A stretch of DNA of 29,366 nt, taken from the IMG/VR virus record IMGVR_UViG_3300037755_000064, positions 1-29,366 of that record. One strand, written 5' to 3'. Below, one piece after another: positions 1-9,470 of the stretch (positions are counted from its first letter, which is position 1; every line of letters starts with the position of its first letter). Position numbers and translations under genes: made by a program. This stretch comes from a virus. Its lineage: Duplodnaviria > Caudoviricetes. Under the pieces are notes generated by a model. That model had not been told where the DNA came from. It did not search any database and saw only the letters and a program-made list of their open reading frames with translations.

Positions 1-8
1 CATTTCGC

Positions 9-386
9 ATGAAAACCGAAGAGGAGACTCTATACAACGAATCTAAGCGAGGAAATATTCCACAATATATTGCGGGCCCAAATGGCAAAGAAATAATAAA
101 TCATCAATTTAGGGGCTCTATTGATTCTCGTTTTGAGGACGAATATCATGCCCACCTAAAATCATATGATAAGTTTATGGATACTCTAAAAATGTCGCGT
201 AAACAACGTCTCGACCGCATTAAACAAGATCGTAAATCGCTTGTTGATATTGCAATGGATCTCAGTTCAAAAGATGCACAAGCTAATGCTGCACTTGAAA
301 TAGAGAAGATGAGTCAACTCAAAGATGACGAATTAAAGCGAATGCTGGAAAATGATTATATTATTGGAGTTTTTGAAGATGGCTAA
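9..386 (+). CDS. Hypothetical phage protein
   Basis: 125-aa ORF co-directional with the operon; no motif recognised. Confidence 0.6.
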   Translation: MKTEEETLYNESKRGNIPQYIAGPNGKEIINHQFRGSIDSRFEDEYHAHLKSYDKFMDTLKMSRKQRLDRIKQDRKSLVDIAMDLSSKDAQANAALEIEKMSQLKDDELKRMLENDYIIGVFEDG

Positions 387-612
387 TGGTATTGGAAAAT
401 GGGTCAGATTACTATCGTGGTTGAGCATGTTCAAACGGAGGATTAGATCTAAATTGTTCAATGACTACAATGTGCAATATTGCCAAGGACGCAACCGTCC
501 AAATAATGGACTTGGTGAAGAATATGAACGTCTCCAGCCTTATGACAATAAGGCTAAAAAATCTATCTTACTTATTAAAGACAACGAGGTTATAGGTAAA
601 TGGTTACATTAA
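379..612 (+). CDS. Hypothetical protein (ATG 379 preferred over 352)
   Basis: Fills the gap between neighbours; GGAG lies upstream of ATG 379, which overlaps the end of the previous gene. Confidence 0.45.
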   Translation: MANGIGKWVRLLSWLSMFKRRIRSKLFNDYNVQYCQGRNRPNNGLGEEYERLQPYDNKAKKSILLIKDNEVIGKWLH

Positions 613-1538
613 ATATCGCCTTGTTATACGCTTTTTGGAAAGGTGAGCCCTGGAGTTCTCAAATTGGTGTTAGAAACGAATTAGTTCGTCGCGGGCACAA
701 TGTTACAGACTGGAACATATATCATAATAATGGGATTCTTCCAAAAAAGGGAATAAGGAGTTATTCCAATGAAAGCATCAATGAATTACATAGGGTTATT
801 ACAAATGGTACATATAAACCAGATGTGATATTCTTATTAGATTATGGCCCCTATAATTCCGCACAATATGATCGTCGATGGCACCCAGATATTACTTGGG
901 TATTAGAAGCTGGCGATTGTCCACAGGCCGCACGTATGCATCTTTCAAAAGCTGTTAAAAGTGATATAGTATTGGTGCCCGATAAACAAACTGTTGAATG
1001 GTATCGTTCAATGAATATCAATGCTTATTTTTGGACGCATCATGCCGACACAAATATTTTCAAGCCCTATAATGACGAATCTATCAAATATGATTGCGTG
1101 ACGACATGTGGTCCTCGTGGAAATGGTCTAACAGACGCAATCAAAAAAGAACTTGGTGACGCATTCTTTAATGAGAGATATTTTTGGGGCGAAGAATATG
1201 GGCGACTATTAAATAGGGGGAAAATAGTATTTCAGAAAAGCCAATTTGGCGAAATCACTAGACGTATCTTTGAGGGCATGGCTTGTGGTAAGATGGTAAT
1301 TACAGATCGTTTGCCTAAAGAAACCGGATTACAAGAATTGTTCGTAGATGGGTGTGATATTGTCTATTTTGACAATGCACAAGATGCTATAGATAAAATT
1401 CGTTATTATGCTGAGCATGATAAAGAACGCGAGATAATAGCGGCAAACGGATTTAAAAAGACCGTTGAGCTACATAGTGTGCGAGCAAGAATAGATGAAT
1501 TACAAAACACACTTGCCAGTTTTAGAACTATTATTTGA
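600..1538 (+). CDS. GT-B glycosyltransferase, CgeB/Glyco_trans_1_2-like
   Basis: N-terminal LVRRGHNV; C-terminal RRIFEGMACG..ITD..LF.DG.DIVYF...IRYY..H..ERE.IA.NG, typical of CgeB-like GTs. Confidence 0.85.
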   Translation: MVTLNIALLYAFWKGEPWSSQIGVRNELVRRGHNVTDWNIYHNNGILPKKGIRSYSNESINELHRVITNGTYKPDVIFLLDYGPYNSAQYDRRWHPDITWVLEAGDCPQAARMHLSKAVKSDIVLVPDKQTVEWYRSMNINAYFWTHHADTNIFKPYNDESIKYDCVTTCGPRGNGLTDAIKKELGDAFFNERYFWGEEYGRLLNRGKIVFQKSQFGEITRRIFEGMACGKMVITDRLPKETGLQELFVDGCDIVYFDNAQDAIDKIRYYAEHDKEREIIAANGFKKTVELHSVRARIDELQNTLASFRTII

Positions 1539-1947
1539 TATGTTTGACATACGCAAAGTAGTAGAGTTAGGCGTAGGTGTACATAGTACAACATTTTTTA
1601 AGCAAAGAGCCGATACTTTAATCGCTGTTGATTCTGACTACAAATGGATAGATAAAGTTAAAGAGGAAAAAATAGGATTTAGTTGGCATGTTGGATCATT
1701 AGCAGAATTTGATATACCGTATGATACAGATTTAGTCTTTATAGATGGTAATCCAGCAAATGCCCGTAAGAATTGTGTGATAAATGCAATGGCCGCTAAT
1801 ATCAAACTCATAGTTGCACATGATACCGAACCACAATCAGAATCTTTGTATGGTTATAGATCAATAAATGATCCACGTTATACAAGAACTGATTATGATA
1901 AAGTAATTCCGTGGACTTCTGTATTTTCTAAGGAATTAATAGTATGA
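1495..1947 (+). CDS. Small class I SAM-dependent methyltransferase
   Basis: Motif I VVELGVGVHST, acidic AVDSD, DLVFIDG and IVAHDT. Confidence 0.75.
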   Translation: MNYKTHLPVLELLFDMFDIRKVVELGVGVHSTTFFKQRADTLIAVDSDYKWIDKVKEEKIGFSWHVGSLAEFDIPYDTDLVFIDGNPANARKNCVINAMAANIKLIVAHDTEPQSESLYGYRSINDPRYTRTDYDKVIPWTSVFSKELIV

Positions 1948-2723
1948 CCAGCTCAATTAGAAACGGTACTCAGCAGAATTACTCAATTCAAGAGTATAAA
2001 TCACATAACCCTTTTATGGAGCCAGATCTTGTATCCATACTATTTTTATCGTGTGGAAAACATAAATTAGCAAAGAATTGCTTTGAAAGATTGGTCGCAT
2101 CTACACGAATGTATTCCGGCGAACTTGAATGGATATTTGCTGAAAATGGTCAAGATGCAGATAATCTAGCCATGTATAAAGCATTTAATTGTGAGCGTAA
2201 AAAAATAATAGATACCAACAGGAATTGGGGTATTAATTGTGCATTTAACGATATGCATAGAATATCTAGGGGCGAATTTGTTGTTGAAATGGAAAATGAT
2301 TGGTGGGCAACTGATATTGAATTTGATTGGATAACAAGATCACTTGATATTATGCGAAATGATCCGGACATAGGTATTGTTCAACTGAGATCTATTTGGG
2401 ACTCTAACGAGAACTGGGGGATTCACAAAAAAGATTATAATATTTGGAGTGTTGGAGGTTATAGCGAAGCCAAAACCGAAAGTGGACATTCTTATTTATA
2501 TGCTAAAGATTTTTATGCATACAATCATAACCCAAATTTATCCAGAAAAGTTGCTATAGAATCTATCTTACCACTTAGTGAACCTATATATCAGAGCGAT
2601 CTAAGAAACGGCGAAGGAGAAGCCCAAAAAATATTCAGAGAAACACATTGGAAATGTGCACATATTAATCGTAGATTATTTGAGCATGTTGGTGGTAGTC
2701 TTAGAAAACAATTTGAGAGGTAA
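1944..2723 (+). CDS. GT-A (family 2-like) glycosyltransferase
   Basis: VSILFLS, WIFAENG, N.GIN.AFN....SRGEFVVEMENDW (END in the DxD position), late FEHVGG. Confidence 0.75.
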   Translation: MTSSIRNGTQQNYSIQEYKSHNPFMEPDLVSILFLSCGKHKLAKNCFERLVASTRMYSGELEWIFAENGQDADNLAMYKAFNCERKKIIDTNRNWGINCAFNDMHRISRGEFVVEMENDWWATDIEFDWITRSLDIMRNDPDIGIVQLRSIWDSNENWGIHKKDYNIWSVGGYSEAKTESGHSYLYAKDFYAYNHNPNLSRKVAIESILPLSEPIYQSDLRNGEGEAQKIFRETHWKCAHINRRLFEHVGGSLRKQFER

Positions 2724-2727
2724 AAGC

Positions 2728-3261
2728 ATGAGTAAACTTAATGTGGGCGATTTAATTTCATATAGTGCAGGCAAATCTAGTGGACGTATTATTGCTATTC
2801 GTGGCAACGGTAGGCACACTTTATTTACTATCAGTAATGGTGACGAACTATTAGACTTGGATGATAAGGTTGGTAAGCCAGGTGGTATTAAGATAATATC
2901 GGTAGCTGATGAAACCGTTCTTGAACGATTGCTTGGGTTGGCTACTAAACCGATCCCCGAATCGGTTATTACCAAAAATACTTTCAATGTTGAAGCCGAA
3001 CCAGAATTTACAAAAGACCAGCTTCGTGATATGGAATGCCCATTCCCCCCTGAGCCTGGTTATCAACAAACGGACAACCCTAATCCCGAGCCCGAGCCCG
3101 ATCTAGCCCCAGAGTTGGCCACCGAGCCAGCCTCCGAGCCGGTTTCCGAGCCGGTTTCCGAGCCGGTTTCCGATCCAGATCTGATCCACAATTCCGATTT
3201 AAACGACGTTCTTGATATTATTACAGGAGAAGTAAACGATGAATCTAAAGGTTGGCGATAA
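2728..3261 (+). CDS. Hypothetical protein with small N-terminal beta domain and Pro/Glu-rich repeat tail
   Basis: SD GAGAGG before ATG 2728; PEPEP and (SEPV)n repeats. Confidence 0.7.
   Translation: MSKLNVGDLISYSAGKSSGRIIAIRGNGRHTLFTISNGDELLDLDDKVGKPGGIKIISVADETVLERLLGLATKPIPESVITKNTFNVEAEPEFTKDQLRDMECPFPPEPGYQQTDNPNPEPEPDLAPELATEPASEPVSEPVSEPVSDPDLIHNSDLNDVLDIITGEVNDESKGWR
3085..3173 (+). repeat. Coding tandem repeats: (CCCGAG)2 CCCGAT at 3085-3102 and (TCCGAGCCGGTT)x3 + TCCGA at 3133-3173
   Basis: Read directly; in-frame units encoding PE and SEPV. Confidence 0.9.
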
Positions 3262-3475
3262 CATTGGTGTTGACGGTAGAGAAGCAACTATTATTAGTAA
3301 ATTTTCTGCCGGAAAGTATACGCGATATGTATTGAGTGATGGGCGTGAACTATTAGATCTACACAAACGTGAAGATGTTAAAGTAATCGTGCCTACATAT
3401 GAAGATAAGCAGTTCTCGTATACCAAAGATCCGGTAAATAAGAGGACTGTTATTCAAGAAGATAATGAAGATTAA
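3239..3475 (+). CDS. Small hypothetical protein, paralog of the N-terminus of the preceding gene
   Basis: LKVGD...II....GKYT..LSDGRELLDL aligns with LNVGD...II....GRHT..ISNGDELLDL; SD AGGAG upstream. Confidence 0.7.
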   Translation: MNLKVGDNIGVDGREATIISKFSAGKYTRYVLSDGRELLDLHKREDVKVIVPTYEDKQFSYTKDPVNKRTVIQEDNED

Positions 3476-3947
3476 GTCGCTTCCAATCATACTGCAAGAT
3501 TCGCGTGAAAAACGCCCTTGGAATTGGGACGACGATGTAGATTTTGAAACAGTTATTACTGAAAAATTAGACATTGGTGATTATTCAATTCAAGGAATGC
3601 AGCATATAATCTGTATTGAGCGAAAGTCATCAGTTGACGAACTGTATACAAACTTATTTAGCCGAAAAAACTACGAGCGTTTATGTCGCGAAATGGAACG
3701 GTTTCAAAACGTTAAACATCGTTTTATCATCATTGAAGAGGATTTATCGCGTATATTAGATCCCAATGTATATTATGTGAATAAGTCTGGTCGCAATAAA
3801 CGTTCTCCAAAGATGCCACCAGCAGTAGTTATCAACAAACTAATTGAGTTTATGCTTAATTATGATATACATGTTATATTTGCAGGCAATAAAGGACAGT
3901 CTATAGCAAAGAAACTTTTGTTACGAGCATATAATGATTACAAGTAA
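3465..3947 (+). CDS. ERCC4/XPF-family nuclease domain protein
   Basis: DSRE, L.IGDY, IERKS..EL and FIIIE motifs. Confidence 0.88.
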   Translation: MKIKSLPIILQDSREKRPWNWDDDVDFETVITEKLDIGDYSIQGMQHIICIERKSSVDELYTNLFSRKNYERLCREMERFQNVKHRFIIIEEDLSRILDPNVYYVNKSGRNKRSPKMPPAVVINKLIEFMLNYDIHVIFAGNKGQSIAKKLLLRAYNDYK

Positions 3948-5919
3948 AGCAATTAGAAAGGTACAGGCGAGTAAAATGACTCGCGACGACCTTCTAAATA
4001 TGTTTGAAGAACTTGGCCCTATGACCGGCACGGTAGCCGCATCATGGAAGTCTATGGGGTGGTTTGCTAAACAAGTATTATGTAATCAATCAGGACGACC
4101 ATTAGAATTACTTCCTTTCCAAATGGTCATGCTTGATATGCTTTGGAAGAAAAAGTTTCCTATGATCATAGGAGCGAGAGGCTGCGGGAAGACCTATATT
4201 TTAGCCGTATACTGTATCTTACGAGCAATTTTAGTTCCCGGTTCGCGTATTGTTATTTGTGGTGCTGGATATCGACAAGCAAAGTTAGTATTCAAATATG
4301 TTCATGCATTATATAAGGCGTCGCCAATAATACAAGAGTGTTGTGATAAGCGACCAACATATGCGTCGGATGAGGCATACCTAGATATTGGTTTATCGCG
4401 TATTTCAGCTATCCCAATTGGTGATGGTGAAAAAGTGCGTGGTATGCGTGCAACAGTGCTCTTACTTGACGAGTTCGCAAGTATAGCTGAAGAAATATTT
4501 GAAGTTGTTCTCGCACCATTTACTGCTGTACATGCAGATCCTGCTCGTCGCGTTAAAATTATTGAATTTGCTAATAGAATTAAATCTCTTGGCGGATCTC
4601 AACATGCTGTAGACGCAGTATTAAATACGATGGATCATGGTAACCAAATTGTTATTTCTGGAACAGCATCATATCAAGCAAATCATTTCTATAAACGTTA
4701 TCGTGTCTACAAAATGTTTATCAATACTAAGGGCGATAAGATAAAACTAAAGCGTGCCATTGAAGAACAGTCTCTTTCTACAACTGGAAAACTTAAAAGT
4801 GTTGACCCGCTAGATGTTGAAAAAATGACCCGAATATGGCGTCAATACGCTATTTTCCAATTACCATATTATGGTGTTCCAGAGGGATTTTTGGACGAAG
4901 ATGTTATTCGTTCAAATAGGGCGTCATTTTCGCCAACACGTTTCGCCATGGAATATGAGGCAAAATTCCCCGAAGACACTGATGGTTTTATTAAGCGTTC
5001 ATGGATTGAAGCGGCTACTCCAAGACAAAAAGATGGTGAAAATCCAGTAAACATTGAGTTATATGGTGATCCGAGAGCAACATATGTTATGGGTATTGAC
5101 CCTGCTAGACATAATGATAATATCGCAGCGGTAGTTATAAAATTAACATCACGAGGTAACGAATTAGTCTATGTATCGACATGGAATCGTACTGCATATA
5201 AAGAATCCGCACATAAGATAAGAGAAATCTGTAAACGATTTAATATACAGTATATTTGTATGGATCAGGGCGGTGGCGGTGACTCGATTCTTGATTGGTT
5301 ACATCAGAAACAAGATAATGTGGAAGAAGATGAATATCTTTGGCCAATTAAGGAACAGTTAGAACAAAAAGCCGATTTGAGCACTCCTGGCCGAAAGATT
5401 GTAGAATTGGTCAATTTTACGTCTGCAACAGCCGATATGGCACATGGTCTTGAGGCTGGAATTTCTAACTCTAATATATTATTTCCTTATAAGGGAGATG
5501 ATGAACTTGTTCGCCAACAATATGTCCAACATTTCAAATTACAAAGACCATTAAATCAGGGCGAGATAGAATCATTGAATGATGATCTATGGGGCGAAGA
5601 CACAGAAGAAGACGAGAGACGTATGGGCATTTTTGAAGAGATCAACGAAACAACAAATGAGGTTTGTGCTATTGTTAGAGATGTTACTCCAATGGGAGTT
5701 GAGCGATTTATTTTGCCAAATTTAAGCGATCAACCGGAAGGGCTCGACATGAGACGGCGAGATAGATTTTCAGCCCTCATGTTAGCTAATTATGCAGCCA
5801 AGATCTATTTAGGACATGGGCATAGAACAAAGAATCAACCTGGTATGGCAGCAAATAATTCTAGAAAAAGAGGGGTTTTTGCAAGAAAATCTAGGCGGCG
5901 TGGTAATGTTAGATATTAG
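3934..5919 (+). CDS. terL: Terminase large subunit
   Basis: Adenine-binding LLPFQ, Walker A GARGCGKT, Walker B LLLDE after RGMRA, coupling motif SGTA, RNase H-like GIDPAR, ICMD and DRFSA. Confidence 0.93.
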   Translation: MITSKAIRKVQASKMTRDDLLNMFEELGPMTGTVAASWKSMGWFAKQVLCNQSGRPLELLPFQMVMLDMLWKKKFPMIIGARGCGKTYILAVYCILRAILVPGSRIVICGAGYRQAKLVFKYVHALYKASPIIQECCDKRPTYASDEAYLDIGLSRISAIPIGDGEKVRGMRATVLLLDEFASIAEEIFEVVLAPFTAVHADPARRVKIIEFANRIKSLGGSQHAVDAVLNTMDHGNQIVISGTASYQANHFYKRYRVYKMFINTKGDKIKLKRAIEEQSLSTTGKLKSVDPLDVEKMTRIWRQYAIFQLPYYGVPEGFLDEDVIRSNRASFSPTRFAMEYEAKFPEDTDGFIKRSWIEAATPRQKDGENPVNIELYGDPRATYVMGIDPARHNDNIAAVVIKLTSRGNELVYVSTWNRTAYKESAHKIREICKRFNIQYICMDQGGGGDSILDWLHQKQDNVEEDEYLWPIKEQLEQKADLSTPGRKIVELVNFTSATADMAHGLEAGISNSNILFPYKGDDELVRQQYVQHFKLQRPLNQGEIESLNDDLWGEDTEEDERRMGIFEEINETTNEVCAIVRDVTPMGVERFILPNLSDQPEGLDMRRRDRFSALMLANYAAKIYLGHGHRTKNQPGMAANNSRKRGVFARKSRRRGNVRY

Positions 5920-5923
5920 TGTA
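5916..5923 (+). promoter_or_regulatory. TTAGTGTA motif, candidate late promoter for portal
   Basis: One of five exact copies seen, all at gene boundaries upstream of starts. Confidence 0.55.
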
Positions 5924-5962
5924 CTAATTATATTGCGATATATCGTTTAGGAACATACACAT

Positions 5963-8311
5963 ATGACGAATGATAAAATAGCTACACCTTGGGCAATGGC
6001 TCACGCCACGAATAAGGTAAATATTGCTAGACACAAAACCCAAGCCTATTATTATGGCAATCTCGGTGATTCTATTGAGCGTAGGTTTACTGGTGATATA
6101 GGGCTTCTGGGGGGTGGTGGCGGATATCTTGGTGAAGGATCTAGCGGGACCGGTACTTCTTATGGTGCCATGGGATATGGTAATTTTTATGGTACTGGAT
6201 TAGGATATGGTCCAGGATCAAGATATGGACCATGGGTAGGAGAGTTTGGCGGATCTAGTCCTTTTCGATATATGCGAAAGTATTCTGGATCTGCTTCGGC
6301 ATTTCATAGCGTGATAGCTCAATGTATGTTAGCTTATCACGGACACGGAATAGTACGCAATGTAATTGATCTTTATACCGACTTCGCTTCAGAGGGATTA
6401 AAAATCTATCATACAAACAAGACTGTACAAAATTTCTATAATGCGTGGGCCAAAAAAGTACGACTAGATAATCGTGCGGCTGCCGTTTTTATGGCACTAT
6501 TTACTACTGGTAATGTTTTTGTTCATAGACAGTGGGCAACTTTATCAGATCAAGATAAGGATACACTGCGTCGTAGAAATGCAACGTTGATTGGTGATGA
6601 ATTATATAGTTCAACTAAAAAACAAGATATAAAAATTAATATCAATCCGCAACGTCACCCTAATGTTCTATCTAGCAAAATGTTATTTGGCACAGAAGCA
6701 TCTTCAAATGAAGTATATGAAGTAACAACCGAACCTAATCGTGTCCCGTGGGGATATACGCTATTAAACCCACTTCAGATGTTTCTAAAAGGTAGAAAAT
6801 TCATTGGTGAACATCAATGGGCAATAGGATTAGATAGAGAAGATTTGCGAGATATCGGTAAACAATATGGTCAGTCTATCAATATAGCATCAACGCGAAT
6901 TAATATTCCGCAAGAATTAAAAAACGCCTTAGAAAATCGAATTTCAGAAACACAAGGTTCAAACGCAGGGTTTGTGGCCGAACTAACATTTACGCCAGAT
7001 GATTTAAGTGTTATTCATGGCCGCAAATACGATTGGTCGGATTGGTCAATACCCTTCATATTTCCAGCTCTACGGGCTATAAATTTCAAAGATTGCCTAA
7101 GAAATATGGAAATGAGGGCGTGCGAATCTGTTATCAACTCTATATTCTTATTCAAGCTTGGTAATATTGAAAAAGGAATGCCGGCCGAAGACGAACATTT
7201 TGAACGTTTAGCTGATATGCTTCAGCAACCAGGTCAGGCACTAAATATTTTGTGGAATGAAGCAATTGAGGCAGAAGTCATTACGGCTGATGTAGCTCGT
7301 TTGTTTGATCCTAAAAAGCATGAATCAGCCGATAGAGATATCTTATTAGCACTTGGTATCAACGAATCTCTTATTGGTGGCACCGGTGGTAAATTTGCCA
7401 ATTCGTTTGTTGGAGCATCAACCGTTCTTGAGCGTATTGAAACTGCACGTCAGGGTGTAGAAGAATGGCTAATGCAAGAATTAAAATTGATTGCGGACGC
7501 GATGGGTTTCCGCAAATTACCAGAAATACGATGGGGCAAAACAAGTCTGCGTGATCAAAACGCGGAACGAGCATTACTAATTCAATTATTAGATCGTGGT
7601 ATTATATCATTCGACGATGTATTAGAAGAATTTGACACATCTGTTGATATTCAGGCAGCAAAACGTAAGGACGAAAAGAAACATGTTCAGGATGGAACAT
7701 TCAAGATTCGTGGCCCTTATATTGTGCCAATGGATGAAGCCAGTCTTGATGAAGATTTGCCGCAACCAAATATTGAAGTAGACAGTTCGCCCGAAACTCA
7801 AAAAATGCCTAAGACCGGCAACGGTCGTCCTGGTGGTACAAAAGAACCTATTAAGCGTGGCGAACAAAAGAATAAACGTTCTCCAACAGGACAAGGTTTT
7901 GCCGAATTAATAGATATATATGAACATATGAAAATAGTTGCAGATAAGGTACTTCGTGATATTGAAGATCATCTTTCAAAGAAAGTATTAGCTTTAAAAC
8001 GTTGGAATTCTAAGGGTGTTCGACATATTAAACAACTTCCACAAGAAGAACGCGATAGGCTTGAATTACTTACTTTTAGTATTTTTAGTCATATGCCAGC
8101 CGCACAAAAATATAACGTTATGGCAGATGAATTTATAATGAACTTATTAGCATCCGGGGCGTCTTCTGGCATAAAGGCTGATGTATTAGCGGTTTATCAA
8201 CAAAAAGTCGCCGATTATGAGTCAAAATTTGGCAAAGACCCAAGCAAAGAACATAGGCGACAATTGATTGTGAATAGTTGGACACAAGTGGCGATTTCAA
8301 ACGCCTATTAA
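5963..8311 (+). CDS. Portal protein
   Basis: Follows terL; IVRNVIDLYTDF, DWSDWSIPF, ILLALGI..LIGG and LLDRGIIS segments typical of portals; disordered GRP-containing tail. Confidence 0.8.
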   Translation: MTNDKIATPWAMAHATNKVNIARHKTQAYYYGNLGDSIERRFTGDIGLLGGGGGYLGEGSSGTGTSYGAMGYGNFYGTGLGYGPGSRYGPWVGEFGGSSPFRYMRKYSGSASAFHSVIAQCMLAYHGHGIVRNVIDLYTDFASEGLKIYHTNKTVQNFYNAWAKKVRLDNRAAAVFMALFTTGNVFVHRQWATLSDQDKDTLRRRNATLIGDELYSSTKKQDIKININPQRHPNVLSSKMLFGTEASSNEVYEVTTEPNRVPWGYTLLNPLQMFLKGRKFIGEHQWAIGLDREDLRDIGKQYGQSINIASTRINIPQELKNALENRISETQGSNAGFVAELTFTPDDLSVIHGRKYDWSDWSIPFIFPALRAINFKDCLRNMEMRACESVINSIFLFKLGNIEKGMPAEDEHFERLADMLQQPGQALNILWNEAIEAEVITADVARLFDPKKHESADRDILLALGINESLIGGTGGKFANSFVGASTVLERIETARQGVEEWLMQELKLIADAMGFRKLPEIRWGKTSLRDQNAERALLIQLLDRGIISFDDVLEEFDTSVDIQAAKRKDEKKHVQDGTFKIRGPYIVPMDEASLDEDLPQPNIEVDSSPETQKMPKTGNGRPGGTKEPIKRGEQKNKRSPTGQGFAELIDIYEHMKIVADKVLRDIEDHLSKKVLALKRWNSKGVRHIKQLPQEERDRLELLTFSIFSHMPAAQKYNVMADEFIMNLLASGASSGIKADVLAVYQQKVADYESKFGKDPSKEHRRQLIVNSWTQVAISNAY

Positions 8312-8312
8312 A

Positions 8313-8320
8313 TTAGTGTA
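8313..8320 (+). promoter_or_regulatory. TTAGTGTA motif, candidate late promoter
   Basis: Exact copy between the portal stop and tnpB. Confidence 0.5.
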
Positions 8321-8329
8321 ATACTTTAC

Positions 8330-9443
8330 TATGAAACCCTCTTCGAGTCATTCAAACAATATGACAAGTGAAAAAGTAGACACAATGTGTCTTACTTTTA
8401 AGGTTATCATATCTGATGAGTATACATTCATATTGGATGATTTGTATGCCAAATCAAGGATTTGTGTTGATAAGATGTTGGAAGACAGAAGCAAGTCTTC
8501 ATCTAAGTATTATAAAGAAATCCCATGCGTACTTGCTAAATCTCTTATTACGAAGTATCAACGAAATAAAAAACTCAAATCTGTTAAGAATCTCGTCTTG
8601 CCAATCTGCGGCGACAAGGGGAAGCAGGTTAAAATTGTAGATGAAGGAGTCCGAATCCCGGCATTTTTTAAGAAAGCGGTTATTCCTGTTAGTTTTCCGA
8701 AACCGATTGTTGATTTTATCAGACAGGTTGAATTTGCTAAAAGGGGTGGGATTTGGTATATGTCTTATTCTTATGATACACCAACCCAGGAGCAGTATAA
8801 ACCAATAAGTTTTCTGGGGGTGGACAGGAACTCAGTTGGGAATGTTGCAACAATCGCAGATATTTTAACTGGGAAAGTGAGGAAGATAGGTCCGGACGTT
8901 TCGGGTATAACCAGAAATTTTAGGAATAGACGGAGCAATCTCCAAAAGAAAAAAGCCAACATTGAGTTGGCTAAGATTAAAAGGATACAGTCAAGAAGAA
9001 CTAAGGATATTAACCATAAAGTGTCACGTACCATTGTTGATTACGCCAAAGAACACTGTTCTGCTATTGTGCTTGAAGACCTAGGAAAAATTTCTAAAGG
9101 CAAGGCCAAGAGATATGTCCAAAAATCTCAGTGGGCATTTTACCAATTGGAAACTTTAATCAAGTATAAAGCAGCTTTGCTTGGCGTGCCAATTCTCTAC
9201 ATAAATCCAGCTTATACAAGTCAGGAATGTAGCAGATGCGGGAGTATCAACAAACCAAATGGTAAACAGTATAACTGTGATTGTGGGCACTTTGATCATA
9301 GAGATGCCAATGCAGCCTTCAACATTTCTGCAAAGGCAACGATGTTAAACGCATCAATCTATGGGCAAACGGCTGGAGACAGAGTTCCAACCGTGGGGCA
9401 TATTGGTATTCCCCTAAACTGGAGAACCGAGATGGCGGTTCAA
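8330..9443 (+). mobile_element. Non-autonomous tnpB-only (IS1341-like) element; boundaries approximate
   Basis: No tnpA in the window; 3' hairpins end in GGCGGTTCAA (TCAA-type right end); left end uncertain. Confidence 0.6.
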
Positions 9444-9470
9444 TCAGAATTACCGGGCGGTGTCCGATGA
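8331..9470 (+). CDS. tnpB: RNA-guided endonuclease TnpB (IS200/IS605 family); start may be 8361 or 8385
   Basis: RuvC-I LGVDRN, HKVSR.IV, RuvC-II VLEDL, NPAYTSQECSRCG...CDCG zinc finger, RuvC-III HRDANAAFNI; catalytic D/E/D all present. Confidence 0.93.
   Translation: MKPSSSHSNNMTSEKVDTMCLTFKVIISDEYTFILDDLYAKSRICVDKMLEDRSKSSSKYYKEIPCVLAKSLITKYQRNKKLKSVKNLVLPICGDKGKQVKIVDEGVRIPAFFKKAVIPVSFPKPIVDFIRQVEFAKRGGIWYMSYSYDTPTQEQYKPISFLGVDRNSVGNVATIADILTGKVRKIGPDVSGITRNFRNRRSNLQKKKANIELAKIKRIQSRRTKDINHKVSRTIVDYAKEHCSAIVLEDLGKISKGKAKRYVQKSQWAFYQLETLIKYKAALLGVPILYINPAYTSQECSRCGSINKPNGKQYNCDCGHFDHRDANAAFNISAKATMLNASIYGQTAGDRVPTVGHIGIPLNWRTEMAVQSELPGGVR
9361..9463 (+). ncRNA. Putative TnpB omegaRNA 3' scaffold plus guide
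   Basis: Three hairpins at 9369-9394, 9395-9414 and 9424-9441 (GAACCG/CGGTTC), then AA; this is where TnpB omegaRNAs normally lie. Confidence 0.55.

Noticed and set aside
3133-3173. 12-bp repeats as a CRISPR array or origin iterons
   Set aside because: No spacers; the units are in-frame coding repeats.
3934-5919. Intein or intron in terL
   Set aside because: No Hint splice motifs (C...HN/C,S,T) or LAGLIDADG domain; the frame is continuous.
9444-9463. A second target for the putative TnpB guide within the window
   Set aside because: Only a short CAGAATTAC match near 1974 was noticed by eye, which is consistent with chance.
8331-9470. Cas12f / CRISPR system
   Set aside because: No repeat-spacer array or other cas genes were seen; the 3' structure fits a TnpB element.
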